Assembly: GCA_963710685.1 (NCBI GenBank)
Contig: CAVQBH010000015.1
Coordinates: 11,601-75,600, forward strand
Length of the DNA: 64,000 nucleotides
Direction of reading: 5' to 3'
Source: an uncultured Methanomassiliicoccales archaeon
GTDB taxonomy: Archaea; Thermoplasmatota; Thermoplasmata; Methanomassiliicoccales; UBA472
Shown: piece after piece, positions 20,570 through 31,105 of the stretch
How positions within the stretch are numbered: position 1 is the stretch's first letter
How the letters are laid out: each line of letters begins with the position of its first letter
Made by a program: the position numbers and the translations under genes
The notes under the pieces: model-generated
Seen by the model: the letters and a program-made list of their open reading frames with translations, nothing else
Told to the model about the DNA's origin: nothing
Database searches by the model: none

Positions 20570-23500
20570 TTAGAGCCTGGACCAGTCCTTGGACTTGTCG
20601 TCCTCGCCCTCCTCGGCGGCCTGGGGCCCTTGTTCCTCGCTCTGCTCCAATATCTCGCGCGGGTCCCTCTTCGGCGCCGGCGCTGCCTTCTTGGGCTTGG
20701 GAGCACCCTCGATGGGGGCGTGGCAGCGGGGGCAAAGCCCTCCCCTGACGCACTCCTCGCACAGCAGCGAAGAGCACTTGGTACAGGCGGTCACCGCCGC
20801 TTCCCCGTGGAACAGGCACCGCCTCCCCGGAACGTCCGTCGCGTCCACCTTCGCCGGACGCTTCTCCTGATTGTAGAACGTCTGGTAGAGGTCCTTCTGT
20901 TCGTCCCCGAACATGATCGGCTCCCTGGAGGGCTTCTTGTCCATCGCGGGTACGCCGGATTCCACCTGATACTCCACCGCCGGCGCGTGCTTGGCCTCGG
21001 GCCGGGCCCGCCGGGGCCGCTGTTCCGGCAGAGCGATCGGCTCATCTGACTCCACCCACTCCTTCGGGTTGGCCTGTCTCTGCTTCGGCCGGGGCACCTC
21101 CTCGGCCTCGATCGGGGCCGGCTTTGGCTGGTTCGCCCTCATCGTCTTGATCACCGACATGAGACGGCGTGCGGTGTATATACCCACCCCCAGCGTCTCC
21201 ATGATGCCCATGACGTTCCTCTTCTCGTCCGGCAGGTTCATGGCCGTCCGCAGGAGCTTCTCGGTCCGGGCGTCCATGATGTGGTGGCCCAGCTCCATCT
21301 TGTTGACTTTCTCGATGTAGCTGAGCACCCTCTTCGCCCGCGCGATATCCTTGCCTGGAAGAGCCATCATGACGTCCGACAATCCTAGACCATCCTCCCG
21401 GACCCTGGGGTTCCGGGCCGCTGCCATCAGCACGTAGCGGGAATCTTCCTCATACTGTTCGAGGTCGGCATCGTTCATGAGCTCGACGTTCACCGTTTCA
21501 CGCATCTCGAGGAACGAGGAGACCTCGTCCAGACTGTTGTAGGGTATGCCGCACTCCTTGAACATCTCCTCCTTGGACATGCGGCGGTTCTGCCGATATT
21601 CGCACTCCAGAACGCTGGTCGCCTGATGTAGGACCTCGATCTCGTGCATCTTCTGGTCCGCCGCCTTCAGGGACTCCCTGGCCTGGTCGAAGTTGGGGTT
21701 CAGCTCAAGCGCCTTCTTCAGCGAGTCCTGGGCATCGGCGTACCTTTTCAGTTTCAGGTAGGAAACGCCCTGTCCGAAGTACGCGAACGGGTCCGACGGG
21801 TCCAGCGCGATGGCCCCTTCGAAGCTCTTGATCGCCTCCTCCGGGCGCTGCATCCTCTGGCATATTTCACCCCGTTCCATCATCATGCGCCGGTTCTTGG
21901 GGTCGCAGGCCAGAGCCTTCTTGATCGCCTCGTAGGCGTTCGCCGGGTCATCCAGCTGTAGCCGGATGACTGCGATGCGCTCCCATGCGCTGGCATCGGT
22001 GGCGTCCAAGGTCACCGCCCGGAGGAACGAGTCCAGGGCGTCGCTGTAGTGCTTCAGCTCCTCGAGCGCCCGGCCTTTGGCCTTGTATATGCCTTGCTCC
22101 TCCGCGCCCAGCTCCAAAGCGCGGTTAAGGCATATCACGCAGTCCTGGAACTGTCCCAGCTTGAACATGGCGTTGCCCTTGTACTTCCAGATCTGGGGAT
22201 CGCCCTTGTCCACCGCCAAGGCCGCGTCGAAGGCGTCCACCGCCTCGGCCAGGTTGCCCAGGGAGGCCAAGGCCCGCCCGCGGTCGCTCTGGAAACGGGG
22301 GTTCCCGGGCTGTCCGGTCACGCACTCGTTGAAGACCTTCAGCGCCCGTTCGTACTCCCGCATCAAAAGGTAGGCCCGTCCCTTGTTGTCGAGGGGCATG
22401 AGGTCGGTACTGTCCAGCATGAACGCGCGGTCGAACTCCACGACCGCATCGGCGTAACGGCCCAGACCGATCAGCACCAGCCCTTTCCGGTTGTGCAGTT
22501 CCTTGTCCCGGTCGTCCACGGCCAGCGCATTGGAGTAGGTGTCGTTGGCCTCGGCCAGCCTGCCCAGCCGCTCCAGCGCGAAGGCCTTGTCCATCATCGC
22601 CGGCTTGTCGCTCGGCGCCACCTTGAGGATCGAATCGCAGACGTTGATGATCTCCTCCGCCCCGCCCTTGGCCACCACCGAGGTCTTCTTGTAATTGAGT
22701 ATCGTGACGTTCCCCGGATCGATGGACAAGGCCGCGTCGAAGGACTCGATGGCCTCGTCGAAACGGGACAACCGATGCGATGCCACGCCCAGGTCCACAT
22801 AGGCGTTGCGGTTCTTTCCGTCCAGCTTGATTATCTTCTGGCACACCTTGACCAGCTCCTCCAGCCGGTCGGTGTGCTTCAGGGAGACCTTCTTCATCTC
22901 CAGCAGATCGACGTCCTTGGGTGCGAGCTCCAACGCCTTGTCGAAGGACCTGACCGCCGACTCGTGGTCGTTCATCTTGGCCAGCACCTGCCCGGTGCGG
23001 ATGTGGATGAATTTGTTGTCATGGTCCAGACGGAGCGCCTCTTCATAGCAGTCGAGCGCCTGCGGGTACCGCTGGAGCCACTCCAGCGCCACCCCTTTGC
23101 TCAGCCACACGCTCTTGTCCTTGGGGTCAATGGCCAAAACCTCATCGTAGGAAGCCACCGCCTCCTCGTAGCGCTTGGCGTTTTCCAGGGCCAGCCCACG
23201 CGAGTAGATGAGATGCTTCTCTCCCGGTGACAGCTTGACCGCGTTGGTGAACGATGCGACGGCGTCCGCGTATCGTTTCAGGGCGAAGTTGCTGTCCCCC
23301 TGGACCCGCCAGAACGCCACCTGGTTGGGGTACATCTGGGTCCCCAGGGTGGACCGGGCCAGCGATTCCTCGTACCGGCCCATCGAGTACAGGGCCAGGG
23401 AAAGGTCCTTGAGATTGTCCTTGTCGTCCGGGTCCAATGCCATGACCTGCTCGTAGAGCGCCACCGCATCGTCCTTGCGGTTCATCCGGTCCAGAGCTAC

Positions 23501-24973
23501 GGCCTTGTCGAAGAGCGCCCCTTCGTTGACCGGGTTCACCTTCAGGATCCGGTCGCACGAGTCCAGCACATCCTTGTCCTTGCCGATGTGCTTGTACGTC
23601 TCCTTGATGCAGATCAGCGGAGCCTCATTCGAGGGCTGCGACCGGGCCGCTTTCTCCAGAGGCTTGAGGGCATCCCGGAACCGGGTGGACTTCATGTAAG
23701 CCGACCCGAGGTCCATGAGCGCCTGGAAGTCGTCCTTCTCCTTGGCCAGTTTGGCCTCGGCCAGGGTGATCACCCCTTCCATGTTCCCTGACTGTAGCAA
23801 GATCTTGCGCTTGCGCGACAGGAACTCGTCATCCAACGTGAACCGCTTCAACGCCATGTCGACCGTCTCGGAGGCTTCGCCGAACCGGCCCAGCCGGAAC
23901 AATGCGTCGATGCGTTCCATGAACACCGTACGATCTTCCACCTTCCGGTCCAGCAATTTCCCGGCATAGAGCGCGATCTCCTCGTCGGCGCCGTTCTTCT
24001 TCGCCACCTGCAACTTGCCGTTGATCGCCACTATGAGCTCGGGATCGATGCCCAGTGCCCGGTCGTAGGCGGTGGACGATTCCTCGAACCTTTCCATCTC
24101 GAACAGCAGGGCGGCCACCTCCGCCCAGGTGAACTTGTTCATGCCGTCACCGCGGAGCGATTCCTTGTATTGGGCCAAGGCGGCCGCCTTATCGCCCTTG
24201 TCCTTGTAACTGCGCGCCTTGTAGAGATGGGCGGGGCCATTGCCCGAGTCACGGGCCAGAACGTCATCGTAGATGAGCAGCGCCTGGTCGGACCTCTTGA
24301 GCAGGGTCAGGATCTCCCCCTTCCTCAGCATCAGCTCCACCGTCCGGGGCATGAGGGTCACCGCCTGGTCGATGGCGGCCAGCGCCTCTTCGTTGAGACC
24401 CTGCGAGACCAGCAGGTCCGCTTTCTTCTTGAGCAAGGGGGCCTTGTCCTCGGACCTTTGGATCATACGGTCCAAAATGGAGACGTCGGATGGGTCGAGC
24501 TCCACTGCCTTCTTCAGACAGAACATCACCATTTCCGGTCGCTGCTGTTGCTCATAGAGGTCAGCCTTGAAGAGCCAGACGTTCTTGTCCGAAGCGGGGA
24601 GCTGGGTTGCCTTGTCGAGAACGGATATCGCCTGAGGGACTTCGCCCTTCTTGACCAGGGCGCGGGCGAATGCCAGCATAGCGGGCAGGTCGTTCGGAAC
24701 GGTCTTTAGCGCCAGGTCGGCGGCGTTGGCGGCATCGAGGGACATCCCGCACTCCAGATAGTCCTTGGAGAGCCTGACCAGCGTTTCCACCAGAAGGGGC
24801 TGCTGGGCCGGTTCGACCGCGGCTCCGAGCAACGCATCACGTGCCTTGGTCAGTTCGGAAATAGCCGCGTCTAGGTTCCTTGCGAGAATATAGCGCTCTG
24901 CTATTTCCATCGATTTCTGCGCCTTTCGGACCGCCTTGATGTCGGTCTCTTTGCCAGGGTTCAGGAGTCCCAT
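20570..24973 (-). CDS. Giant TPR-repeat protein with a C-terminal Cys-rich zinc-ribbon/B-box-like module
   Basis: 1467 aa. More than 30 TPR-like 34-aa units cover about 1100 aa, followed by a helical region, a disordered basic/acidic stretch, and CLFHGEAAVTACTKCSSLLCEECVRGGLCPRCH. Confidence 0.85.
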   Translation of the reverse strand: MGLLNPGKETDIKAVRKAQKSMEIAERYILARNLDAAISELTKARDALLGAAVEPAQQPLLVETLVRLSKDYLECGMSLDAANAADLALKTVPNDLPAMLAFARALVKKGEVPQAISVLDKATQLPASDKNVWLFKADLYEQQQRPEMVMFCLKKAVELDPSDVSILDRMIQRSEDKAPLLKKKADLLVSQGLNEEALAAIDQAVTLMPRTVELMLRKGEILTLLKRSDQALLIYDDVLARDSGNGPAHLYKARSYKDKGDKAAALAQYKESLRGDGMNKFTWAEVAALLFEMERFEESSTAYDRALGIDPELIVAINGKLQVAKKNGADEEIALYAGKLLDRKVEDRTVFMERIDALFRLGRFGEASETVDMALKRFTLDDEFLSRKRKILLQSGNMEGVITLAEAKLAKEKDDFQALMDLGSAYMKSTRFRDALKPLEKAARSQPSNEAPLICIKETYKHIGKDKDVLDSCDRILKVNPVNEGALFDKAVALDRMNRKDDAVALYEQVMALDPDDKDNLKDLSLALYSMGRYEESLARSTLGTQMYPNQVAFWRVQGDSNFALKRYADAVASFTNAVKLSPGEKHLIYSRGLALENAKRYEEAVASYDEVLAIDPKDKSVWLSKGVALEWLQRYPQALDCYEEALRLDHDNKFIHIRTGQVLAKMNDHESAVRSFDKALELAPKDVDLLEMKKVSLKHTDRLEELVKVCQKIIKLDGKNRNAYVDLGVASHRLSRFDEAIESFDAALSIDPGNVTILNYKKTSVVAKGGAEEIINVCDSILKVAPSDKPAMMDKAFALERLGRLAEANDTYSNALAVDDRDKELHNRKGLVLIGLGRYADAVVEFDRAFMLDSTDLMPLDNKGRAYLLMREYERALKVFNECVTGQPGNPRFQSDRGRALASLGNLAEAVDAFDAALAVDKGDPQIWKYKGNAMFKLGQFQDCVICLNRALELGAEEQGIYKAKGRALEELKHYSDALDSFLRAVTLDATDASAWERIAVIRLQLDDPANAYEAIKKALACDPKNRRMMMERGEICQRMQRPEEAIKSFEGAIALDPSDPFAYFGQGVSYLKLKRYADAQDSLKKALELNPNFDQARESLKAADQKMHEIEVLHQATSVLECEYRQNRRMSKEEMFKECGIPYNSLDEVSSFLEMRETVNVELMNDADLEQYEEDSRYVLMAAARNPRVREDGLGLSDVMMALPGKDIARAKRVLSYIEKVNKMELGHHIMDARTEKLLRTAMNLPDEKRNVMGIMETLGVGIYTARRLMSVIKTMRANQPKPAPIEAEEVPRPKQRQANPKEWVESDEPIALPEQRPRRARPEAKHAPAVEYQVESGVPAMDKKPSREPIMFGDEQKDLYQTFYNQEKRPAKVDATDVPGRRCLFHGEAAVTACTKCSSLLCEECVRGGLCPRCHAPIEGAPKPKKAAPAPKRDPREILEQSEEQGPQAAEEGEDDKSKDWSRL

Positions 24974-25237
24974 CCCATCACCGAATGGCCGATAATCGGC
25001 GTGATTGCACTAAAACCTTTTCTCTGGATTCATATGAAAATATAATGTCAGCTGAATTCGGTCATATGTCGGACATCTGATACTAGACCGGATCCGATTC
25101 GTGATCCGTCAATTTGTAATGCAATTTTATGTCTGGTAACAGAAATTGTAAACTGCGGAAGAACCATTAAATACGACGATAATCTATAGTATTCTTGTCT
25201 GACATAAGGTCGGACAGAAACTCTAGGATGGGATGCA

Positions 25238-25414
25238 ATGGGGCTAGAGGAGATATCGGCACAGTATGGAATCGACCTGGAAGTGCTGGAATGGATGAAA
25301 ACCCATTCTATCAATGACCTTACGCACATCGCGGAGGGCATGGACACCAAAGGGATCGATCTCAAAGAGCTTTGGTGCCTCATCAACGACCTACGTGTCA
25401 TGGAAGACAACTAG
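25238..25414 (+). CDS. Small acidic hypothetical protein (58 aa)
   Basis: ATG..TAG ORF reading MGLEEISAQYGIDLEVLEWMKTHSINDLTHIAEGMDTKGIDLKELWCLINDLRVMEDN. It is below the ORF-track length cut-off. Its composition is more protein-like than the 120-aa antisense ORF. Confidence 0.3.
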   Translation: MGLEEISAQYGIDLEVLEWMKTHSINDLTHIAEGMDTKGIDLKELWCLINDLRVMEDN

Positions 25415-25563
25415 GGCGTTGATCTGACAACAATGCCTGTTCCGATAACGACTCGGAGGACGACGGAGGATGGGACCTTCGTCCCCACCCCAAATAATTT
25501 CTTTCTTGTTTTTTACAAACAGATCGTTTCATCTAGCACAGCCGACAATATTAATCAACGATT

Positions 25564-25998
25564 ATGGCGAAATCCTTGTTGAGCTCGATCATCGAGGATC
25601 CATTCGACATCGAGCTCATCGGCTGGATTCTGCTGATGGTGGGCGCTATCAGCATCATCTTCGGGTTGATGGCAGCGTTAGCTGGATTCATCTCCCAGAT
25701 GAACGGATCCGTGGTCGGAAGACTGCTGCTGTTCGTGACCATCGGAAGCCTTTCCATTTGGCTGGGCTCAAAGGCCATGAGATGGGCCAAGACAGGATCG
25801 ATTGAGAGCCGGGGAAAACTGGCCAACATCGGACCGTTGACCCTTATCGTTGCGATAATCCTCATCGTGGTCGTCATGATGATGGCGGCCCCGAACCTGT
25901 TGGCGGTCGAGCTCCAGTGGCTTACGGCGGCCGTGCTGATCGGTGTCCTCCTGGTATGGATGCAAAGGAACCGGAAGCCGGTGGCCAGACCCGCCTGA
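25564..25998 (+). CDS. Hypothetical membrane protein (about 4 TM helices)
   Basis: 144-aa ORF with four hydrophobic helices and no recognisable family motif. Confidence 0.5.
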   Translation: MAKSLLSSIIEDPFDIELIGWILLMVGAISIIFGLMAALAGFISQMNGSVVGRLLLFVTIGSLSIWLGSKAMRWAKTGSIESRGKLANIGPLTLIVAIILIVVVMMMAAPNLLAVELQWLTAAVLIGVLLVWMQRNRKPVARPA

Positions 25999-26064
25999 GG
26001 CTGACGTGTTGACTTAGAAAGGGGATCGTGAAGGGGGCTGGCCAATCCAGGCTGCGATAAAAGT

Positions 26065-26073
26065 TTTTTATAT
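26065..26073 (+). promoter_or_regulatory. TATA box for tRNA-Gly
   Basis: TTTTTATAT ends 27 nt upstream of the first tRNA nucleotide. Confidence 0.5.
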
Positions 26074-26099
26074 CAATGAACCATTAGCTCGCCCAATTC

Positions 26100-26195
26100 G
26101 CAGGTGTAATCTAGCGGTTAGGATTTTAGCCTTCCAATCCCCAGCAACGGGGACGAGGCTAGCTAAACACTCGGGTTCGAATCCCGACACCTGCA
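26100..26195 (+). tRNA. tRNA-Gly (anticodon TCC) with a 24-nt intron at the canonical 37/38 position
   Basis: Acceptor GCAGGTG/CACCTGC, D arm ATCT/GGAT, anticodon stem TTAGC/GCTAA, loop CTTCCA|A, T arm TCGGG-TTCGAAT-CCCGA. The intron at 26137-26160 is framed by a bulge-helix-bulge motif (central helix CTTC/GAGG, bulges CAA and CTA). CCA is not encoded. Confidence 0.75.
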
Positions 26196-26490
26196 CCTTT
26201 ACGCATATCCCTCGTTCCATTCTTTTCCTTCAATGGTGACCCTGATCATTTGAGATCGCGATTCCGAACGATGTAAACGAACAGATGTACTTCATAGCCG
26301 CAAACATCTATCGATCATGAAAGAATGGATGACACAGTGCGCTCTTCCCACCGGGGTCACATCCGCATGATCCCAAGCGGTTGGGAGGACCAAGAACGAA
26401 AGGAATGGGAATGGTACGATGGTCATCGGTGCGGAGGGCATAACCGTCTGACCGCTTCTTGCGCGCTCTGCGAAAATAAGATGTTTTCCC

Positions 26491-28428
26491 TCATAAAGGA
26501 CCAGCCTCTGGTCGATAGGCGGACGGGGACGCGCTTCCCTCTGTGCCATTTTTGACGCCCTCTACCTTAATCCTTCTGAGGCCCAGGACCCTGATCGAGT
26601 TCAGGATCGCGATGATGGACACGCCCACATCGGCGAACACCGCTTCCCACAGTGTCGCAATGCCAAACGCTCCCAGCACGAGGAAGACAGATTTCACGGC
26701 CAGTATGAAGACGATATTCTCCATGGCGATCCTCAGAGTACACTGTGATATTTTCATGGCGGTGGCGATCTTGGATGGTTCGTCTGTCATTATTACGATG
26801 TCGGCCGCCTCGATGGCGGCGTCCGATCCCACGCCCCCCATGGCGATGCCAATGTCCGCGCGGGCGAGTACGGGAGCGTCGTTAATGCCATCGCCCACGA
26901 ACGCGATCGTTCCCTTTTCTGTCCTTCCCTTAACGAGCTCCTCGAACTTTGTAACCTTGTCCGACGGCAGCAGGTCCGCATACACCTCATCGATGCCGAG
27001 CCTCTTTGCCATATCCTCCCCGATGCCCTTGGAATCGCCGGTCAGCATGACCGTCCTCCTGATGCCAGCCGCTTTCAGGTTGCTTATAGCCCTTGCGGCA
27101 TCCTCCCTCGGCTCGTCAGCGATCAGGATGTACCCCCAGTACTCCCCGTCGACGGCCACGTACACTATCGTACCGGAAGCATCGATCTGTTCCTCGAACA
27201 GGACGTTCCCATCCCTCATCAGCTTGGCATTTCCGATGAGGACCTGCATTCCATCGATAACCGCCGCCACTCCACGACCCAGAATCTCTTTCGTAGCGGT
27301 GATCGATGAACATTTTATGTCCTTTCCATAAGCCTTGCGCAATGATGTCGAGATCGGATGGTTGGAATGATACTCGGCATAGGCTGCGACCCTGAGAATC
27401 TCGTCCGTTTCTGCGTTCAGCGGGACGACCTCCTGCACCTTGAACGTGCCTTTGGTCAGGGTACCGGTCTTGTCAAAGACGACGACCTCCGTTCTGGCCA
27501 GGGCCTCCAAGTAGTTGCTCCCTTTAACGAGAATGCCATTGCTCGATGCGGCCCCGATGCCCCCGAAGAAGCTGAGAGGAATGGACAGGACCAGCGCGCA
27601 CGGGCAAGATATCACCAGGAATGTCAGCGCCCGCGCGACCCAATCATCGAACGTTGCACCAGGCAGGACCATTGGCGGCACCACCGCAATTATGGCGGCC
27701 ATGATTATCACGACGGGGGTGTAGATGCGCGCGAACCGGGTTATGAAGTTCTCCGCCCTCGACTTATTATCGCTGGCGTTCTCGACCAGCTCGAGGATCT
27801 TGCTGACGGTCGACTCTCCGAACTCCTTCGTGACCCTTGCAGTGATGAGCCCGTTGATGTCTATGCAGCCGCTGAGCAGCGCGTCCCCGGCGCTGACCTC
27901 TCGGGGCAGGGACTCACCGGTGAGGGCAGAGGCGTCTATCATCGAGTTACCGTCGACCACCTCCGCATCCAGGGGTATCTTCTCGCCGGCCCTGATGACT
28001 ATGATGTCGCCAACTTTCACATCGCACGGGTCGACCTTCTCGATAGTGTCTCCGCGTTTGACGTTAGCATAGTCCGGACGAATGTCCATCAAACTGGCGA
28101 TCGACCTTCTTGAATGGTCCAAGGCATAGTTCTGGAACATCTCGCCGACCTGAAAGAAAAGCATGACGGCGACGCCCTCCGCGTACTGCCCGATGCATAA
28201 GGCGCCGATCGTGGCCACGCTCATCAGGAAGTTCTCATCGAGCATATGGCCATGTGCGATGTTCCGGATGGCCGCGTAGAGGATGTCCCATCCCAGTATG
28301 GCGAAGGCGGTAAGGAACAGAAGGAACGAAATCGTTGCATCACTGGACCAATACGTCAATCCAACAACGTACGGAACAGAGCCGCAGATCAGTCTGGCGA
28401 TCCGCTTCTTCGTCCTATCGGGGACCAT
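26491..28428 (-). CDS. Heavy-metal (Cd/Zn/Co-type) translocating P1B-type ATPase
   Basis: CPC motif (VISCPCALVLSIP), DKTGTLT, GDGINDAP, TGES. The start is taken at MVPDRTKK; the ORF track extends to 28518, overlapping the HMA gene. Confidence 0.95.
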   Translation of the reverse strand: MVPDRTKKRIARLICGSVPYVVGLTYWSSDATISFLLFLTAFAILGWDILYAAIRNIAHGHMLDENFLMSVATIGALCIGQYAEGVAVMLFFQVGEMFQNYALDHSRRSIASLMDIRPDYANVKRGDTIEKVDPCDVKVGDIIVIRAGEKIPLDAEVVDGNSMIDASALTGESLPREVSAGDALLSGCIDINGLITARVTKEFGESTVSKILELVENASDNKSRAENFITRFARIYTPVVIIMAAIIAVVPPMVLPGATFDDWVARALTFLVISCPCALVLSIPLSFFGGIGAASSNGILVKGSNYLEALARTEVVVFDKTGTLTKGTFKVQEVVPLNAETDEILRVAAYAEYHSNHPISTSLRKAYGKDIKCSSITATKEILGRGVAAVIDGMQVLIGNAKLMRDGNVLFEEQIDASGTIVYVAVDGEYWGYILIADEPREDAARAISNLKAAGIRRTVMLTGDSKGIGEDMAKRLGIDEVYADLLPSDKVTKFEELVKGRTEKGTIAFVGDGINDAPVLARADIGIAMGGVGSDAAIEAADIVIMTDEPSKIATAMKISQCTLRIAMENIVFILAVKSVFLVLGAFGIATLWEAVFADVGVSIIAILNSIRVLGLRRIKVEGVKNGTEGSASPSAYRPEAGPL

Positions 28429-28432
28429 CGGA

Positions 28433-28687
28433 TCACGCTTTCTTGACGACGACGTCGGGTTCCGCGGCTCTGGCGATGGCCCCCACCTCTTCCATGAGCC
28501 TACCAGCGTCGGGCTCATTGTGTTCGATCGATATCCTGGTCGTCATCAAGTTCACTGAGGCTGAACGGACGTTAGGCAGCTTCCCGACGGCTTTCTCGAT
28601 GTTCGCGGCACAGTTCGCACAACACAAACCCTCCAGTCTGAAATATGTCCTCATACTATGTCCCCCGACCATCGGTTGAATATCCAT
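28433..28687 (-). CDS. Heavy-metal-associated (HMA) domain protein / metallochaperone
   Basis: MRTYFRLEGLCCANCAANIEKAVGKLPNVRSASVNL is a CadA-type CxxC metal-binding fold. Its stop lies 4 nt before the ATPase ATG, in a different frame. Confidence 0.85.
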   Translation of the reverse strand: MDIQPMVGGHSMRTYFRLEGLCCANCAANIEKAVGKLPNVRSASVNLMTTRISIEHNEPDAGRLMEEVGAIARAAEPDVVVKKA

Positions 28688-28858
28688 TCAAGCGAGTGCT
28701 GTAGGCATATATGAATGTTCACTCAACTGTCATCTTAACACATCTGATTCATAACGACGATGAAACGAGCAAATGTCCGAGACAGGTTGGACCGGAACGA
28801 CCATCTCGCCGACCCACACATGTCCGGAAATGCCAGAATCTGGAACGGAACGCCGAGC

Positions 28859-29245
28859 TTATTGGTGTTGGGCATGCGTCAAAGCCAAATCGATGATGGC
28901 CGTCACGTGCTGGTCGTCCAAGCTGTAATGAATCCTCTTGCCTTCGCGCCTGGACTTCACTAATTTGGCCTCCCTCAACGTGTTCAATTGGTGGGAGACC
29001 GCCGATTTTGTCATGCTGAGCACCGTCGCAAGGTCGCAAACGCACATCTCGGACTGATTCAAAGCCCATAGAATCCTAATCCGGGTGGGGTCTTCCAGTA
29101 TCTTAAATGTCTTGGAAAGATCATTGATCGTAGGGTCGGGCAGCATGCCCGCCTTTACCTTCCCCACAACTTCATTATGGACGACCCCGCAACACTCGAC
29201 ATATTTGCGTCTCATCCGTTCTTCCCCCATTGAGCCGATATCCAT
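28859..29245 (-). CDS. ArsR/SmtB-family metal-sensing repressor (CadC-like)
   Basis: ILEDPTRIRILWALNQSEMCVCDLATVLSMTKSAVSHQLNTLREAKLV includes the CVC alpha-3 metal site. The start is uncertain (M1, M6 or M11). Confidence 0.9.
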   Translation of the reverse strand: MDIGSMGEERMRRKYVECCGVVHNEVVGKVKAGMLPDPTINDLSKTFKILEDPTRIRILWALNQSEMCVCDLATVLSMTKSAVSHQLNTLREAKLVKSRREGKRIHYSLDDQHVTAIIDLALTHAQHQ

Positions 29246-29425
29246 TCATCATATTTCATAAACTATATGTGGCTATCTAGGACCAGCCATGGGACTTGCC
29301 GATATCGCTAGGACCACTTTGCTCATTGAAACATTCTCCATCCGGATTTTTCACTGCTTCATACCTTATCCACTGTCCAACCGTCCGGTTTTCTGCCCAC
29401 GGATTCGCGCTGTCTATGATTCGGA

Positions 29426-30061
29426 TCAATCCCGAATGAAGTTGGTGAGAACGATATCCTCCTTGGCCGGGAATTGTACGCCGGCCTTCATGCCAGCCTC
29501 CTTGCATTTCAACAACCATGGCATGTTCCTCGCGAGCACTCGCATGTTCTGCAATCCCTCCAGGTCCTTCCCTACGTCTTCGGGCTTGGCACCGTGGACC
29601 ATGTTCCAGTATCGGGCAGAAACGATGGGCATCTCGGAGATGGCGAAATATTTGTTGAGCTGGTCCAGGGCGGCGGTCGTCCCGGCTCTTCCGGCGGAGA
29701 CAACGGCCGCTGCCGGTTTCAGGTAAAAGGAACGCCTACCTCCAAGCAGGTCCGCATAGAATGCGCGATCCATGAAAGAGGTGATCGCACCGCCTGCGGC
29801 CGCGTAGTGCACTGGAGAACCGAAAATGAACCCATCCGCGTCTATGGCGAGATCGAGAAAGTCATTGACCGTGTCGGAAAAGGTGCAGCGCCCGGTTCTC
29901 GCGCAGGTATGGCAGGCGATACAACCCGCCAGGGGCTTTGTCCCGATCTGAAAGATGTGTGTCTCCATCTCTTCGGCCTTCAGCGTCTTTGCCACTTCTT
30001 CAAGCACAGTATAGGTGCATCCCTTGGCATGGGGGCTACCGTTGACCAAAATGACCTTCAT
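29426..30061 (-). CDS. Flavodoxin-fold FMN reductase / iron-sulfur flavoprotein (Isf)-like
   Basis: MKVILVNGSPHAKGCTY..., a compact Cys cluster (GCIACHTCARTGRC), and FIFGSPVHYAAAGG. Confidence 0.7.
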   Translation of the reverse strand: MKVILVNGSPHAKGCTYTVLEEVAKTLKAEEMETHIFQIGTKPLAGCIACHTCARTGRCTFSDTVNDFLDLAIDADGFIFGSPVHYAAAGGAITSFMDRAFYADLLGGRRSFYLKPAAAVVSAGRAGTTAALDQLNKYFAISEMPIVSARYWNMVHGAKPEDVGKDLEGLQNMRVLARNMPWLLKCKEAGMKAGVQFPAKEDIVLTNFIRD

Positions 30062-30100
30062 GTTTCCACCTTCGATTTTCTATCCGCCATTTTCATCGTC

Positions 30101-31105
<1,005 letters not shown>

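Noticed and set aside
22049-23230. Long ORFs antisense to or overlapping confident genes. Examples are 22049..23230 and 22125..22844 within the TPR gene, 11269..12411 within hef, 17247..18032 within amt, 38628..39689 within pyrB, 50347..51324 within ipk, 52167..52943 within the GGPP synthase, 33759..34223 and 34719..35429 within the kinase, and 46528..47289 within the giant protein.
   Set aside because: These are typical shadow ORFs of GC-rich coding sequence. They are rich in Arg/Gly/Pro/His, have no family motifs, and are each fully covered by a gene with clear signatures on the other strand or frame.
25048-25410. 120-aa minus-strand ORF upstream of the TPR gene.
   Set aside because: It is Ser/Arg-rich with low complexity and no motifs. 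It is exactly antisense to a more protein-like 58-aa plus-strand ORF (25238..25414). Neither is strongly supported.
26127-26161. Alternative reading of the tRNA as tRNA-Trp(CCA) with an 18-nt intron (26138-26155).
   Set aside because: The BHB is good, but the spliced product would have two nucleotides between the D and anticodon stems and a 9-nt variable region. The Gly(TCC) fold satisfies both the cloverleaf and a canonical 37/38 BHB.
26292-26555. Two overlapping small ORFs (85 aa on the minus strand, 76 aa on the plus strand) just after tRNA-Gly, which might be integrase remnants.
   Set aside because: There are no recombinase motifs in any frame. Both overlap the 3' end of the ATPase gene and look like chance ORFs.
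29246-29300. CATAT-N10-ATATG inverted repeat just upstream of the arsR ATG, as a possible ArsR/CadC operator.
   Set aside because: It is plausible, but the arms are only 5 bp and it overlaps AT-rich TATA-like sequence. That is too weak to call without comparative or binding data.
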